Assembly: GCA_937897625.1 (NCBI GenBank)
Contig: CALCNZ010000107.1
Coordinates: forward strand, 12,511-76,510
Source: an uncultured Flavobacteriales bacterium
GTDB taxonomy: Bacteria; Bacteroidota; Bacteroidia; Flavobacteriales_D; Sanyastnellaceae
Direction of reading: 5' to 3'
DNA: 64,000 nucleotides
Shown here: positions 47,739 through 58,674 of the stretch, one piece after another
Layout of the letters: each line of letters begins with the position of its first letter
How positions within the stretch are numbered: position 1 is the first letter of the stretch
Position numbers and translations under genes: made by a program
Notes under the pieces: generated by a model
The model's input: the letters and a program-made list of their open reading frames with translations, nothing else
The model's database searches: none
What the model was told of the DNA's origin: nothing

Positions 47739-48968
47739 TTACGCCACGTTCAATTGACTCAATTTTGAACTTTCAAATTTCTCACGGGCATAAGCCAGCG
47801 TTACTTTAAATTCTTTTTCTTCGGTTTGATTTGGAATTTCAAACATTAAATCCAACAAGATTGCTTCGCAGATTGAACGCAATCCGCGCGCACCCAGCTT
47901 GTATGTCATTGCCTTTTCCACAATGTAATCCAACACCTGCTTTTCGAAGGAAAGCTTTACGCCGTCCATTTCGAACAACTTCACGTACTGCTTCACCAAT
48001 GCGTTCTTCGGCTCGGTTAGAATTCTTCTCAATGCCGATTCGTCCAATGGATTCAAGAAGGTCAACACTGGGAAACGACCAATCAATTCCGGAATTAATC
48101 CGAACTGCTTCAAATCGGCTGGAGCAATGTATTGCAACCATCCGCCTTGTTCTTCAACGGTCTTCGCATTGCGATAACCGATACTTGAAGTGTTCATGCG
48201 ACGCTCAATGTGTTTCTCAATGCCATCGAAAGCACCACCACAAACGAACAAAATATTCTTGGTGTCAATTTGAATCATCTTCTGCTCCGGATGTTTTCTT
48301 CCGCCTTGCGGTGGAACACTCACCGTAGCACCTTCCAACAATTTCAACAACGCTTGTTGAACACCCTCACCACTTACATCACGCGTAATGCTCGGGTTGT
48401 CGCTCTTGCGTGCGATCTTATCTATTTCATCAATGAATACAATTCCGCGTTCTGCTTTTTGCACATCGAAGTCAGCACTTTGAAGCAATCGTGAAAGAAT
48501 GCTCTCCACATCTTCACCAACGTAGCCGGCTTGAGTAAGCACCGTTGCATCTGCAATGCAGAACGGAACGTTCAACATTTTCGCAATGGTTTTTGCCAAA
48601 AGTGTTTTACCTGTTCCGGTTTCACCGACTAAAACAATATTCGATTTTTCAATCTCCACTTCATCGTCTTGCTTCCCTGCCGCATGTTGCGCCAAACGCT
48701 TGTAGTGATTGTACACCGCAACGCTCAACACCTTTTTGGCTTCGTCTTGACCAATGATGTATTCATTCAGAAAATCTCTAATCTGAATTGGCTTCATTAA
48801 TTCCGAAGTGCTAAATTCTTCTTTCGGAACTACAACTTCTTCTTTTACAATTTCGTTGGCTTGTCTCGCACAATCGTCGCATATGTGTCCAGAAACACCC
48901 GCTATGAGCACATTCACCTCACTCTTTTTTCTACCACAAAACGAGCAATTAATCTCTTGTTTAGCCAT
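47739..48968 (-). CDS. clpX: ATP-dependent Clp protease ATP-binding subunit ClpX
   Basis: N-terminal zinc finger CSFCGRK...HICDDC, Walker A GETGTGKT, and the pore loop GYVGED. Confidence 0.96.
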   Translation of the reverse strand: MAKQEINCSFCGRKKSEVNVLIAGVSGHICDDCARQANEIVKEEVVVPKEEFSTSELMKPIQIRDFLNEYIIGQDEAKKVLSVAVYNHYKRLAQHAAGKQDDEVEIEKSNIVLVGETGTGKTLLAKTIAKMLNVPFCIADATVLTQAGYVGEDVESILSRLLQSADFDVQKAERGIVFIDEIDKIARKSDNPSITRDVSGEGVQQALLKLLEGATVSVPPQGGRKHPEQKMIQIDTKNILFVCGGAFDGIEKHIERRMNTSSIGYRNAKTVEEQGGWLQYIAPADLKQFGLIPELIGRFPVLTFLNPLDESALRRILTEPKNALVKQYVKLFEMDGVKLSFEKQVLDYIVEKAMTYKLGARGLRSICEAILLDLMFEIPNQTEEKEFKVTLAYAREKFESSKLSQLNVA

Positions 48969-49007
48969 CTTTAATTCTTTCCCACAAAGGTAAGGAAACT
49001 CGGCTGT

Positions 49008-51467
49008 TTACATAGGGTCTACATCAATAGACACGCGAACCATTTTGTATTTTTGCTGTGAGATGAGTGATTGCGAACAATCAATGAGATAACGCTTCAC
49101 TTGGGCTGGTGTTATTTCGTTCGGAATTCGAATCCAAAATTGTTGAATGTAATAGTTGTTCACGCGGCCAATGGCAGGAGTTTCAGGACCTGTGTAATTT
49201 CCGAATAACGATTTAAAAAACCACGTTCCAAGCTCTGCCGCTGCGCTTAACGCAACACCCTGTTCTTTGTGCTTCACCGTTAGTTTTATCATTCGCGTGA
49301 ACGGAGGGTATCTGAATTGCTTTCGCTCGGCTAACTCCAACGCGAAAAACTGTCCATACTGATTGTTTTCAATCAATGGGAAAACCCAATGCTCAGGCGC
49401 ATAGGTTTGAATAAGCACACGACCGCGCTCTTCACGTCTTCCACTTCTTCCCGCAACCTGAACCATCATCTGAAACGCCCGTTCTATCGAGCGAAAATCA
49501 GGATGCTTCAACATGCGATCGGCATTTAAAATTCCAACCAAATGGACATTGCTGAAGTCCAATCCCTTCGTCACCATCTGCGTTCCAATGAGCACATCGG
49601 TCTTTCCGCTTTCAAATTCCGAGATAATTCTGTGATGCGCGTGTTTGCCTTTTGCGACATCTAAGTCCATGCGTGAAATTCGAAGATGCGGCAAACATTC
49701 GCCCAATTCTTCTTCAATGCGCTCCGTTCCTGCACCCAACATTTTGAAAGCATTGGCGCCACACGATGGACATTGCTGAACCGGAATTTCATGATGACCA
49801 CAATAGTGGCAGCGCAGTTCGTGATGAAATTTATGATACGTCAAACTCACATCGCAGTTCTTGCATTCTGGAGTATAATGACACATTTCACATTCCCACA
49901 GAGGCGTGTATCCACGGCGATTCTGGAACAATATCACTTGTTTTCCAGCCTTCACCGTTTGATCAATCGCTTCCAATAATATCGAAGAGAAAACCCCCTG
50001 CATCCGCTTCGCCTGAAGTTCAGAGCGAAGGTTAACAAAATCTATTTTAGGTTGAACTGCGTTGCCATACCGCTCAAACATTTCAACCAATTGATATTTT
50101 TTCTGTGTCGCGTTGAAGTACGATTCCAAAGAAGGCGTTGCGCTTCCTAACACCACTTGCGCATTTGACAAAACACTCAGCTTAATGGCAGTGTCTCTCG
50201 CATGATAACGCGGAGCAGGATCTTGCTGTTTGAACGTTCCTTCGTGCTCTTCGTCGACTATGATTAAACCTAAGTTTTCAAAGGGAAGAAACACACCCGA
50301 ACGCGCAGCCAATACAACATCGAATCGATGCAAATCTGAATGCACCCGATGCCACACTTCCGTGCGTTCATGGGTGCTGTAGCCGCTGTGATAAATGCCC
50401 ACACGAACTCCAAAATAACGTTGAATTCGATCTATTAAATGCGAAGTCAAGGCTATTTCAGGAACCAACAACAGCACTTGTTTACCTTGTTGAATCTGAT
50501 CTTGCATGAGGTGCAAATACACTTCCGTTTTACCAGAAGAAGTAACACCATGCAGCAACGTAACACCAGCGTGAGCCTTAATTTGTTCGAATGCATTTTG
50601 TTGCAATTCGCTCAAAACAGGCAATGGCAGCAATTCGTGATCGCCGCTAATCATGCGCAATTCAGAGCGTTCTTCAATCGCAAGAATACCCTTCTTTACC
50701 AAAGCTGAAATAGCAGAGGCGTCGGTCTTAGATTGAATTTCGAGTTCCTTCTTCTTCACCGATTCCCCTGTGTTTCCGTCCCATTTACTCATTTGCAAAT
50801 AGGTCATCAACACTTGAATTTGCTTGTCTGCATTGCGCTTTTCCAACGCAGAAAAATGCTGCTGCAACTGCTCATCGGTATTTCCGTTTTCACCTAAATT
50901 CACATAAGAAACGCGCTTCGGTATGAACTTCTCTTTCACCTCCTCAAACGACGCAATGGCGTTCTTCTTCAACAAGTTTTTCAATGTAGAATGAATGGAA
51001 ACCTTCGGCAACGCGTGTTGTATGTCTTTTGACATAACACCCATTCCACGGTCTTTTTCAAGTATGACATCTACAACCGAACGTTCATTCGGTGTTAATT
51101 CTACTGATAAGTCTTTGGTTGTATAAACCGTTTCGCTCGACAATTTTAATCCACTTGGAAGTGCTGCGGTCATAACCTCTCCCAACGTGCAGGCATAGTA
51201 TTTTGAAATCCATTCCCACAACTTAATCTGCGTTTCTGAAACCACAGGAACATCGTCCAACACTTCTTCGAAATACTTTGCCGCATAGTCTTGCGGAACC
51301 TCTTCGTGCACCCGCCAAACAATGGCGGTATACCGCTTCGATTTTCCCAAAGGCACTACTACGCGAACACCTTGCTGAACGTAGTTTTCCCAGGCTACAG
51401 GAACCCTGTAGGTAAGCACTTGAGGAAGTGCCAGCGGGACAACAACATCAACAAAAAAAGTCTTCAT
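49008..51467 (-). CDS. priA: primosomal protein N' (replication restart helicase PriA)
   Basis: Walker A GVTSSGKTEVY, DEEH box, and the Cys-rich zinc insertion (CEMCHYTPECKNCDVSLTYH...CHYCGH...CPSCG). Confidence 0.94.
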   Translation of the reverse strand: MKTFFVDVVVPLALPQVLTYRVPVAWENYVQQGVRVVVPLGKSKRYTAIVWRVHEEVPQDYAAKYFEEVLDDVPVVSETQIKLWEWISKYYACTLGEVMTAALPSGLKLSSETVYTTKDLSVELTPNERSVVDVILEKDRGMGVMSKDIQHALPKVSIHSTLKNLLKKNAIASFEEVKEKFIPKRVSYVNLGENGNTDEQLQQHFSALEKRNADKQIQVLMTYLQMSKWDGNTGESVKKKELEIQSKTDASAISALVKKGILAIEERSELRMISGDHELLPLPVLSELQQNAFEQIKAHAGVTLLHGVTSSGKTEVYLHLMQDQIQQGKQVLLLVPEIALTSHLIDRIQRYFGVRVGIYHSGYSTHERTEVWHRVHSDLHRFDVVLAARSGVFLPFENLGLIIVDEEHEGTFKQQDPAPRYHARDTAIKLSVLSNAQVVLGSATPSLESYFNATQKKYQLVEMFERYGNAVQPKIDFVNLRSELQAKRMQGVFSSILLEAIDQTVKAGKQVILFQNRRGYTPLWECEMCHYTPECKNCDVSLTYHKFHHELRCHYCGHHEIPVQQCPSCGANAFKMLGAGTERIEEELGECLPHLRISRMDLDVAKGKHAHHRIISEFESGKTDVLIGTQMVTKGLDFSNVHLVGILNADRMLKHPDFRSIERAFQMMVQVAGRSGRREERGRVLIQTYAPEHWVFPLIENNQYGQFFALELAERKQFRYPPFTRMIKLTVKHKEQGVALSAAAELGTWFFKSLFGNYTGPETPAIGRVNNYYIQQFWIRIPNEITPAQVKRYLIDCSQSLISQQKYKMVRVSIDVDPM

Positions 51468-51482
51468 CGTCTATAAACAAAT

Positions 51483-51505
51483 AGAGACACGAAGGTCGTG
51501 TCTCT
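51483..51505 (-). terminator. intrinsic terminator-like hairpin after clpP
   Basis: The minus strand reads AGAGACACG-ACCTT-CGTGTCTCT (perfect 9-bp stem) followed by ATTTGTTTAT. Confidence 0.65.
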
Positions 51506-51527
51506 ACTTTCATTCAGTTTGAAATTC

Positions 51528-52208
51528 TTATGGTTTTCTTTCCAATACTTCGTCAATCATTCCATACTCTTTCGCCTCAGAAGCAATCATCCAGTAATCG
51601 CGATCGCTATCTGCCCACACTTGATCGTATGATTTACCGCTGTGTGTAGCAATGATGTCATACAATTCCTTCTTCAATTTTTGAATCTCACGTGCAGTGA
51701 TTTCAATATCTGAGGCTTGTCCGCGTGCACCGCCCAAAGGTTGGTGAATCATTACACGAGAGTGCTTCAATCCTGTACGTTTTCCTGCCTGACCTGCACA
51801 CAACAAAACTGCTCCCATTGAAGCGGCCATTCCTGTGCAAATCGTTGCTACGTCTGGATTAATGTATTGCATGGTGTCGTAGATACCTAGACCTGCGTAT
51901 ACACTTCCTCCTGGAGAGTTAATATAGATTTGAATGTCCTTCTTCGCATCTGTACTTTCCAAGAACAACAATTGCGCTTGAATAATATTTGCGATGTAGT
52001 CATCGATTTCAGTTCCCAAGAAAATAATTCTATCAGCCATTAAACGAGAGAACACATCTACCTCACGGAAAGGCATGTGACGCTCTTCAATAACTGTTCT
52101 TGTCATGTTCTCTGGACCATACATGTGAGAAATCACATCGTTCACCACTGTGCTATTGATACCTAAATGACCAGTAGCATATTTTTTAAATTCTTTACGT
52201 TCAAACAT
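51528..52208 (-). CDS. clpP: ATP-dependent Clp protease proteolytic subunit ClpP
   Basis: Catalytic Ser context [11 protein letters not shown] and MIHQPLGG, with an N-terminal extension. Confidence 0.95.
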   Translation of the reverse strand: MFERKEFKKYATGHLGINSTVVNDVISHMYGPENMTRTVIEERHMPFREVDVFSRLMADRIIFLGTEIDDYIANIIQAQLLFLESTDAKKDIQIYINSPGGSVYAGLGIYDTMQYINPDVATICTGMAASMGAVLLCAGQAGKRTGLKHSRVMIHQPLGGARGQASDIEITAREIQKLKKELYDIIATHSGKSYDQVWADSDRDYWMIASEAKEYGMIDEVLERKP

Positions 52209-52281
52209 ACTGTAATATTTGTGTCGAAGATACAGCGCTTTTTAATTCAAAACCCTGACTTCAAACAGATGATTTTTCAAC

Positions 52282-52506
52282 CTAATCAATAATTTCAAAT
52301 CGCTTGAACTTAATGCGTCCAAGCTCGCATTCGTCTTCCCACATAGCAAGCGGACGGGCATATACAGAACCGAAAGGAACAGATTTGTATACAACCAAAG
52401 CCTCTTTCGTCTCGCTGTGATTTGCTAAGGAAATAATTTCATATACCCCGCCTTTATAGTGTTTCCAACGCTCCCCTGGCATTGGGTATCTTATTGCTTT
52501 TTCCAT
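52282..52506 (-). CDS. DUF1653 domain protein
   Basis: WKHYKGGVYEIISLANHSETKEALVVYKS...ARPLAMW fits the DUF1653 pattern. Confidence 0.7.
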   Translation of the reverse strand: MEKAIRYPMPGERWKHYKGGVYEIISLANHSETKEALVVYKSVPFGSVYARPLAMWEDECELGRIKFKRFEIID

Positions 52507-52515
52507 GTTATTCTT

Positions 52516-54486
52516 TTATAAAACCACCGTTCCAAAATTATCTGCCAATTGCTTTCGCACATCGTCTAATCGTTTCTTTTCCGCCAATAAAATCATAACC
52601 TCATCTTCATTCGTTTCTAGTTCCAACTGAGATTCAACGGCCTTGGCAGCAATTTGTACATGACGCATTTTCATACGAAACAAACAATCTTTCGCTGCCT
52701 TTCCTATGACGTATTCCTCAGACTCGGTTAAAATTCCGTGTTTCGTTTTCCAGTTCTCACTAATCTGATGGCGTGTGGTTAATACGTTTACAGCCTCGCT
52801 CCGAACTTTTTCTTCTTCGTGAGAAATGAAATTGTGGTGCGTGGGCATTTGGTTCTCCTTCACCAATTCCAAATACTCCTCTAACATTCTCGAATAAACC
52901 TCAGACTGAAGCGTCATGAAGTCATGCTCAAGATTTCCAATTAAATAATCGGCTACCGATAAATGAATCACTTCACGTTTGCCTTCTTCGTTCACAATTT
53001 CAATAGGCATTTCGTATTCACCGTACATCAATAGAATGCGCATGAAATCGCGTTCTTGCGCTTCGGCGTTCAACGTATCTGGAACAGGGGTCGTCTCTTC
53101 GAACGGCGTTGGAGAAGGAGCTTCAGCAGGTGCGTGAACCCCTCCTTCTTCTGAGGAAGCTGGTTTTCCAGGTCCTTTCTTTAAATTTTCTTGAAGCGAT
53201 TTGTTCAACTCTAAGAATAGAACAGACTCACCAATGCCCATAATTTGCGAGCAATCTTGAACAAAAACCGAGCGCTTAATCGCATCCGGAATCAGCGCAA
53301 TGCTGTCAACTATTCCACGAATTAACCCCGCTTTTTTAATCGGATCGTTTCCTACTTCTTCAAGAAGCAATGCAGTTTTATATCGAATGAAATCCTTCGC
53401 ATTTTCCTTCACATACAGCTGAATCTCTTCACTGCTGTGCTTTCTAGAATAACTGTCCGGATCGTCTCCGTCTGGAAATGTTGCAACGCGAACGTTCAAC
53501 CCTTCCTTCAATATCATGTCAATACCTCGGAAACTCGCTTTAATTCCAGCTTTGTCTCCGTCGTATAAAATCGTAATGTTCTGTGTGAATCGACGAATGA
53601 GTCGAATTTGTCCTTCCGTTAAACTCGTTCCGCTACTCGCAACCACATTCTCAACACCCGCTTGGTGAAGCGCAATCACGTCGGTATATCCTTCAACCAA
53701 AAAACAGTTGTCTTCCTTCACCATCGCGTTCTTCGCGAGGTGCAAGCCATACAAAGTGTTCGACTTGTGATAAAGATCGCTTTCCGGACTGTTGAAGTAC
53801 TTCGCAATGTCTTTCTCTGCCTTCAGTGTTCTTCCGCCAAAGGCAATCACCTTTCCACTCACATTGTGAATCGGGAACATCACACGTCCGCGGAAGAAGT
53901 CATACGGCGAACCGTCCTTCTCACGGGTCAATCCCGTCTTCAACAAATACGTCAAGGAATGCCCTGCAGACAGCGCTGCTTGGGACATCTTGTCCCATCC
54001 GTCTGGACAATATCCGAGTTGAAATTTCTTCAGGGTGTCCTCGCGAAAACCGCGCGCCTCGAAATAAGACAAGCCAATGGCTCTGCCCATTTCGGTATTG
54101 TACATCTGATCTTGAAAGTACTTGTTCGCGAATTCCGTAACAACAGAAAGTTGTTCGCGCTCACTTTTTTCAGCCTTTTGTTCTTCGGTCTGACTCTCTT
54201 CTTCAATTTCAATGTTGTACCTGTTGGCCAACCAGCGCAAGGCTTCCGGATAGGTAAGCTTCTCGTGCTGCATAAGGAAATCAATGGCATTTCCGCCTTT
54301 TCCAGAACTGAAATCCTTGTAAATTCCTTTCGAAGGAACAACGAAAAAACTCGGGGTTTTTTCATTCACAAACGGAGAAAGACCGCGATACGAAGACCCG
54401 CTTTTTTTCAAATGAACAAACTCTCCAATGACATCTTCAACGATGATGGCTTGGAAAATTCGATCTATGGTGGAACGGGAAATCAT
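52516..54486 (-). CDS. dnaG: DNA primase DnaG (zinc-ribbon ligands substituted)
   Basis: The N-terminus NEKTPSFFV...GNAIDFLM aligns to the CHC2 zinc-finger region. The TOPRIM domain ([22 protein letters not shown]) is present. Confidence 0.93.
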   Translation of the reverse strand: [656 protein letters not shown]

Positions 54487-54505
54487 GGGACTACCAAAGG
54501 TAGTG

Positions 54506-57313
54506 CTACATGACTACATTCACAATACGTTTTGGAACAACAATGATTTTTTTCGGGGTTTTCCCTTCCAAATATTTCGCTGTGCTTTCATGCGCCAGCA
54601 CCTGCGCTTCAACATCTGCGCCGCTCATACCAACAGGAAGCGACAAGAAGAATCTTGTTTTTCCGTTGAATGAAATCGGATATTCGAAGTTATCGTCTTC
54701 CAAATATTTACTCTCAGCAACTGGCCAAGATTCATTCATAACTGAAGTGGAATGACCCAAGTCCTTCCAAAGCTCTTCCGCCAAGTGTGGAGCGTACGGC
54801 GAAAGCATAACAACCAATGGCTCTAACGCCTGACGCTTGTTGCATTTCAAGTCTGTCAATTCATTCGTGGCAATCATGAATGCACTAACAACAGTATTCC
54901 AAGAAAAACGTTCAAGGTCTTCTGTAATTTTCTTAATGGTCTTGTGAACCACGCGCATCTCTGCTGCAGTGGCTTCTTCAGACGAAACAGCGAATGTTTC
55001 ATTCTCCAAGAACAAACGGTGGAAGCGACGCAAGAAATTGTGCACCCCGTTAATCCCCTTGGTATCCCATGGTTTGCTTTGCTCAACAGGGCCTAAGAAC
55101 ATTTCATAACAACGCAAGGTGTCTGCACCGAACTTCTCTATTAATTCATCCGGCGTTTGAACGTTGTACTTCGACTTCGACATTTTCTCAACTTCCCAGC
55201 CGCAAGTGTATTCGCCGTTTTCATTCAACATGAATTCTGCGTTTGCGTATTCTGGAAGCCAATTCTTGAAGCCTTCAATGTTCAACTTATCGTTGTCCAC
55301 CAAAGAAATAGCAGCATACAATCGTTGTGTTTCAAACTCTTTTCTTCGTTCGAAGGAAATGAAAGTGTTGCTGTCTTTAATGCGATAAACAAAGCTACTT
55401 CGTCCAAGGATCATTCCTTGGTTAATCATCTTCTTGAACGGCTCGTTGAACGGTATGTATCCCAAGTCGAACAACACTTTCGTCCAAAAACGAGAATACA
55501 ACAAGTGACCCGTTGCGTGCTCTGCACCGCCCATATACAAGTCTACTTGTCCCCAATATTTAATTCGCTCTTCCGAAGCAAAAACCGAATGATTGTTCGG
55601 GTCCATGTATCTCAAAAAATACCACGAAGATCCTGCCCATCCTGGCATGGTGTTGCACTCCATAGGCATGCCGTTGCGCTCCCAATTCGTTGCGCGTGCC
55701 AAGGGTGGTTCGCCCGATTCCGTAGGAAGATAAGCGTCTACATCAGGCAATTCGGTTGGAAGCTCTTCTGTGTTTATCAAGCGCGGAATTCCGTTTTCGT
55801 AATAGATCGGAAACGGCTCTCCCCAATAACGCTGACGGCTAAATACCGCGTCGCGCAAGCGATAGTTCACACGCTTTTCACCCGCACCAATTTCCATCAA
55901 ACGCTCACACACCGCGTCAAACGCAGCGTAGTAATTCATTCCATTTAAGAAATCCGAATTAGCAAGAAGCGCGTCTTTTGAAGTTTCCGCCTTTTCTGAC
56001 AAGTCAGATTCAGCAAAAATATTTTTTATTTCTAGGTTGAAATGCTTCGCGAAATCATAGTCACGTTGGTCTCCCGCTGGAACAGCCATCACCGCTCCGG
56101 TTCCATAACCCGCCAACACATAGTCACCAATCCACACGGGAATTTGCTCGCCAGTCAACGGATGCATCGCATAACTTCCCGTGAATACGCCCGAGATTTT
56201 CTTCTCGGCCATACGCTCACGTTCGGTCTTCAACTTTGAATTCGCAACATATTCCATCACAGCATTGCGTTGCTCTTCACTTGTAAGCACTTCAACGCTT
56301 TCGTGTTCTGGCGCTAGGGTCAAAAACGAAACGCCGTACAACGTATCCGGACGGGTCGTGAAGACTTCAATCGTTACTTCCTTTTCCGCTTGAAAACGTA
56401 TACGTGCTCCGGAAGATTTTCCGATCCAGTTGCGTTGAATTTCTTTAATGTTATCAGGCCAATCTATTGTATCTAAGTCTGCAATTAACCGTTCTGAATA
56501 AGCCGAAATACGCATACTCCATTGACGCATTTTCTTTTGCTCAACTGGATGACCACCGCGTTCACTCACACCGTCTTTAATTTCATCGTTGGCCAAAACG
56601 GTTCCCAAGGCTGGGCACCAATTCACCACAGAATCGGCCAAATAAGCAATTCGGTAATTCATAAGAAGCGCTTCCTTCTGCGCTTCGGTCATGCCTTTCC
56701 AATCGGTATCAGTGAATTCACCTTCGAAATGCGCAGAGAAAATATGATCAGCTTCCAACAAATAAGTCTTCCACCACTCTTCGTCCATGTGCGCATTCAC
56801 GCCGTATGAACCGTTGTCTTCAAACTTCGCAATCAGCTCAGAAATTGGACAAGTCTTGTTCGTTTCCAAATCGTACCAAGCGTTGAACAACAATCCGAAA
56901 ATCCATTGTGTCCACTTGTAATAATCAGGAGAGCTGGTTCGCACCTCTCTACTCCAATCATAGGAAAAACCAATCTTATCAAGCTGTTCGCGATAACGAG
57001 CAATATTTTGTTCTGTTGTTTTCGCCGGGTGCTGGCCGGTTAAAATAGCGTATTGCTCAGCCGGAAGTCCAAACGAATCGTAACCCATCGGATGCAACAC
57101 ATTGTATCCTTTGTGACGCATGTATCGGGCATAAATATCTGAGGCGATATACCCCAGCGGATGTCCCACGTGCAGCCCTGCTCCGCTCGGATAAGGGAAC
57201 ATGTCTAAGACATAAAACTTCTTTTTATTCGGGTCTTCGGTAACTTTGTAAGACTCGTCCTGCGCCCATTTCTTGCGCCAGTTAGCTTCAATATTTCTAA
57301 AATCGTATTCCAT
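54506..57313 (-). CDS. leuS: leucine--tRNA ligase
   Basis: HIGH-type motif PYPSGAGLHVGH, a KMSKS motif, and a length of 935 aa. Confidence 0.96.
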   Translation of the reverse strand: MEYDFRNIEANWRKKWAQDESYKVTEDPNKKKFYVLDMFPYPSGAGLHVGHPLGYIASDIYARYMRHKGYNVLHPMGYDSFGLPAEQYAILTGQHPAKTTEQNIARYREQLDKIGFSYDWSREVRTSSPDYYKWTQWIFGLLFNAWYDLETNKTCPISELIAKFEDNGSYGVNAHMDEEWWKTYLLEADHIFSAHFEGEFTDTDWKGMTEAQKEALLMNYRIAYLADSVVNWCPALGTVLANDEIKDGVSERGGHPVEQKKMRQWSMRISAYSERLIADLDTIDWPDNIKEIQRNWIGKSSGARIRFQAEKEVTIEVFTTRPDTLYGVSFLTLAPEHESVEVLTSEEQRNAVMEYVANSKLKTERERMAEKKISGVFTGSYAMHPLTGEQIPVWIGDYVLAGYGTGAVMAVPAGDQRDYDFAKHFNLEIKNIFAESDLSEKAETSKDALLANSDFLNGMNYYAAFDAVCERLMEIGAGEKRVNYRLRDAVFSRQRYWGEPFPIYYENGIPRLINTEELPTELPDVDAYLPTESGEPPLARATNWERNGMPMECNTMPGWAGSSWYFLRYMDPNNHSVFASEERIKYWGQVDLYMGGAEHATGHLLYSRFWTKVLFDLGYIPFNEPFKKMINQGMILGRSSFVYRIKDSNTFISFERRKEFETQRLYAAISLVDNDKLNIEGFKNWLPEYANAEFMLNENGEYTCGWEVEKMSKSKYNVQTPDELIEKFGADTLRCYEMFLGPVEQSKPWDTKGINGVHNFLRRFHRLFLENETFAVSSEEATAAEMRVVHKTIKKITEDLERFSWNTVVSAFMIATNELTDLKCNKRQALEPLVVMLSPYAPHLAEELWKDLGHSTSVMNESWPVAESKYLEDDNFEYPISFNGKTRFFLSLPVGMSGADVEAQVLAHESTAKYLEGKTPKKIIVVPKRIVNVVM

Positions 57314-57378
57314 AAATCGTGTAGAATCGTTCGCGAAGATAGGGCGCAGAATGACCTAATTCACTAACTTCGCGAAGT

Positions 57379-58086
57379 ATGAAATACCAACGCATTCTTC
57401 TAAAATTAAGTGGTGAAGCCTTAATGGGCGATAAACAGTTCGGAATTGACAACGCACGCATCATGCAATACGCGCAGGAAATCAAAGCTGTTTGGGAACA
57501 GGGTGTTGAAGTCGCAATTGTCATCGGTGGTGGAAATATTTTCCGCGGAGTGCAAGCAGAACAAGGCGGAATGGAACGCACACAAGGCGATTACATGGGT
57601 ATGCTAGCCACCATGATCAACAGCATGGCGCTTCAAAGTGCATTGGAATCGGCACACGTTCCAACACGTTTGCAAAGCGCTATTGAAATGAAACAAATAT
57701 GCGAGCCCTTCATTAAAAGAAGAGCCGTTAGACATTTAGAAAAAAACCGCGTGGTTATTTTCGGAGCAGGAACTGGAAACCCTTTCTTCACAACAGATAC
57801 AGCAGCATCTCTTCGTGCAATTGAAATTGAAGCTGATGTGGTGTTAAAAGGAACTCGTGTAGACGGTATCTACACTGCAGATCCTGAGAAGGATCCAAAC
57901 GCAACCAAATACGACACAGTTACTTTCAACGAAGTGTATGAAAAAGGTTTGAACGTGATGGACATGACGGCCTTCACGTTGTGCAACGAAAACAAATTGC
58001 CCATTATCATTTTCGACATGAACAAAGAAGGAAACCTTCTGAAGCTTGTTTCTGGCGAAAACATTGGAACTAAAGTAGAATTTTAA
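57379..58086 (+). CDS. pyrH: UMP kinase
   Basis: [15 protein letters not shown] and [15 protein letters not shown]. Confidence 0.95.
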   Translation: MKYQRILLKLSGEALMGDKQFGIDNARIMQYAQEIKAVWEQGVEVAIVIGGGNIFRGVQAEQGGMERTQGDYMGMLATMINSMALQSALESAHVPTRLQSAIEMKQICEPFIKRRAVRHLEKNRVVIFGAGTGNPFFTTDTAASLRAIEIEADVVLKGTRVDGIYTADPEKDPNATKYDTVTFNEVYEKGLNVMDMTAFTLCNENKLPIIIFDMNKEGNLLKLVSGENIGTKVEF

Positions 58087-58100
58087 AGCAGAATAATAAG

Positions 58101-58664
58101 ATGTCTGAAGAAGTTAAAATGGCTCTCGACGAGGCCGCAGATGCAATGAACAAATCCATTGTTCACCTAGAAAACGAATTGAATAAAGTACGTGCTGGAA
58201 AAGCAAGTCCTGTCATGTTAGACGGTGTTCGCGTAGACTATTACGGAACAATGACACCTTTGAAAAACGTTGCAAACGTTACCACTCCAGACGCAAGAAC
58301 ACTCAATGTTCAACCGTGGGAAAAAGGTATGCTGAATGCTATTTCAAAGGGAATTATGGAAGCAAACCTCGGTTTGAATCCGCAAAACAACGGCGATGTA
58401 ATCATGATTGCTGTTCCAATGTTGACTGAAGAACGTCGTCGAGATTTATCAAAGCGCGCACACTCGGAAGGTGAGAATGCTCGTGTTGGAATTCGCACCG
58501 CTCGCAAAGAAGCATTAGACTTCATTAAGCAAGCGCAGAAAGACGGTCTTCCTGAAGACGAAGCAAAATCAGGCGAGTCGAAGGTTCAAGAACTTACAGA
58601 CAAATTCAACAGAAAAGTAGACGAAGTCTTAGCCGCGAAAGACAAAGACATTATGACCATCTAA
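58101..58664 (+). CDS. frr: ribosome recycling factor
   Basis: LNKVRAGKASPVMLDGVRVDYYG and LTEERRRDLSK. It lies downstream of pyrH. Confidence 0.95.
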   Translation: MSEEVKMALDEAADAMNKSIVHLENELNKVRAGKASPVMLDGVRVDYYGTMTPLKNVANVTTPDARTLNVQPWEKGMLNAISKGIMEANLGLNPQNNGDVIMIAVPMLTEERRRDLSKRAHSEGENARVGIRTARKEALDFIKQAQKDGLPEDEAKSGESKVQELTDKFNRKVDEVLAAKDKDIMTI

Positions 58665-58674
58665 ACCCAAGCAT

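Noticed and set aside
53662-54513. A 283-aa ORF on the plus strand, antisense to dnaG and reaching into the leuS 3' end.
   Set aside because: It lies entirely within well-supported minus-strand genes. Its composition is R/L/F/S/T-rich, as expected from antisense reading. It has no recognisable motif and no upstream intergenic space for a promoter or RBS.
55157-55948. A 263-aa plus-strand ORF antisense to leuS. Similar long antisense ORFs occur at 46235..46780 (in mutS) and 47831..48328 (in clpX).
   Set aside because: These are typical shadow ORFs in the antisense frame of highly conserved genes. None shows domain signatures.
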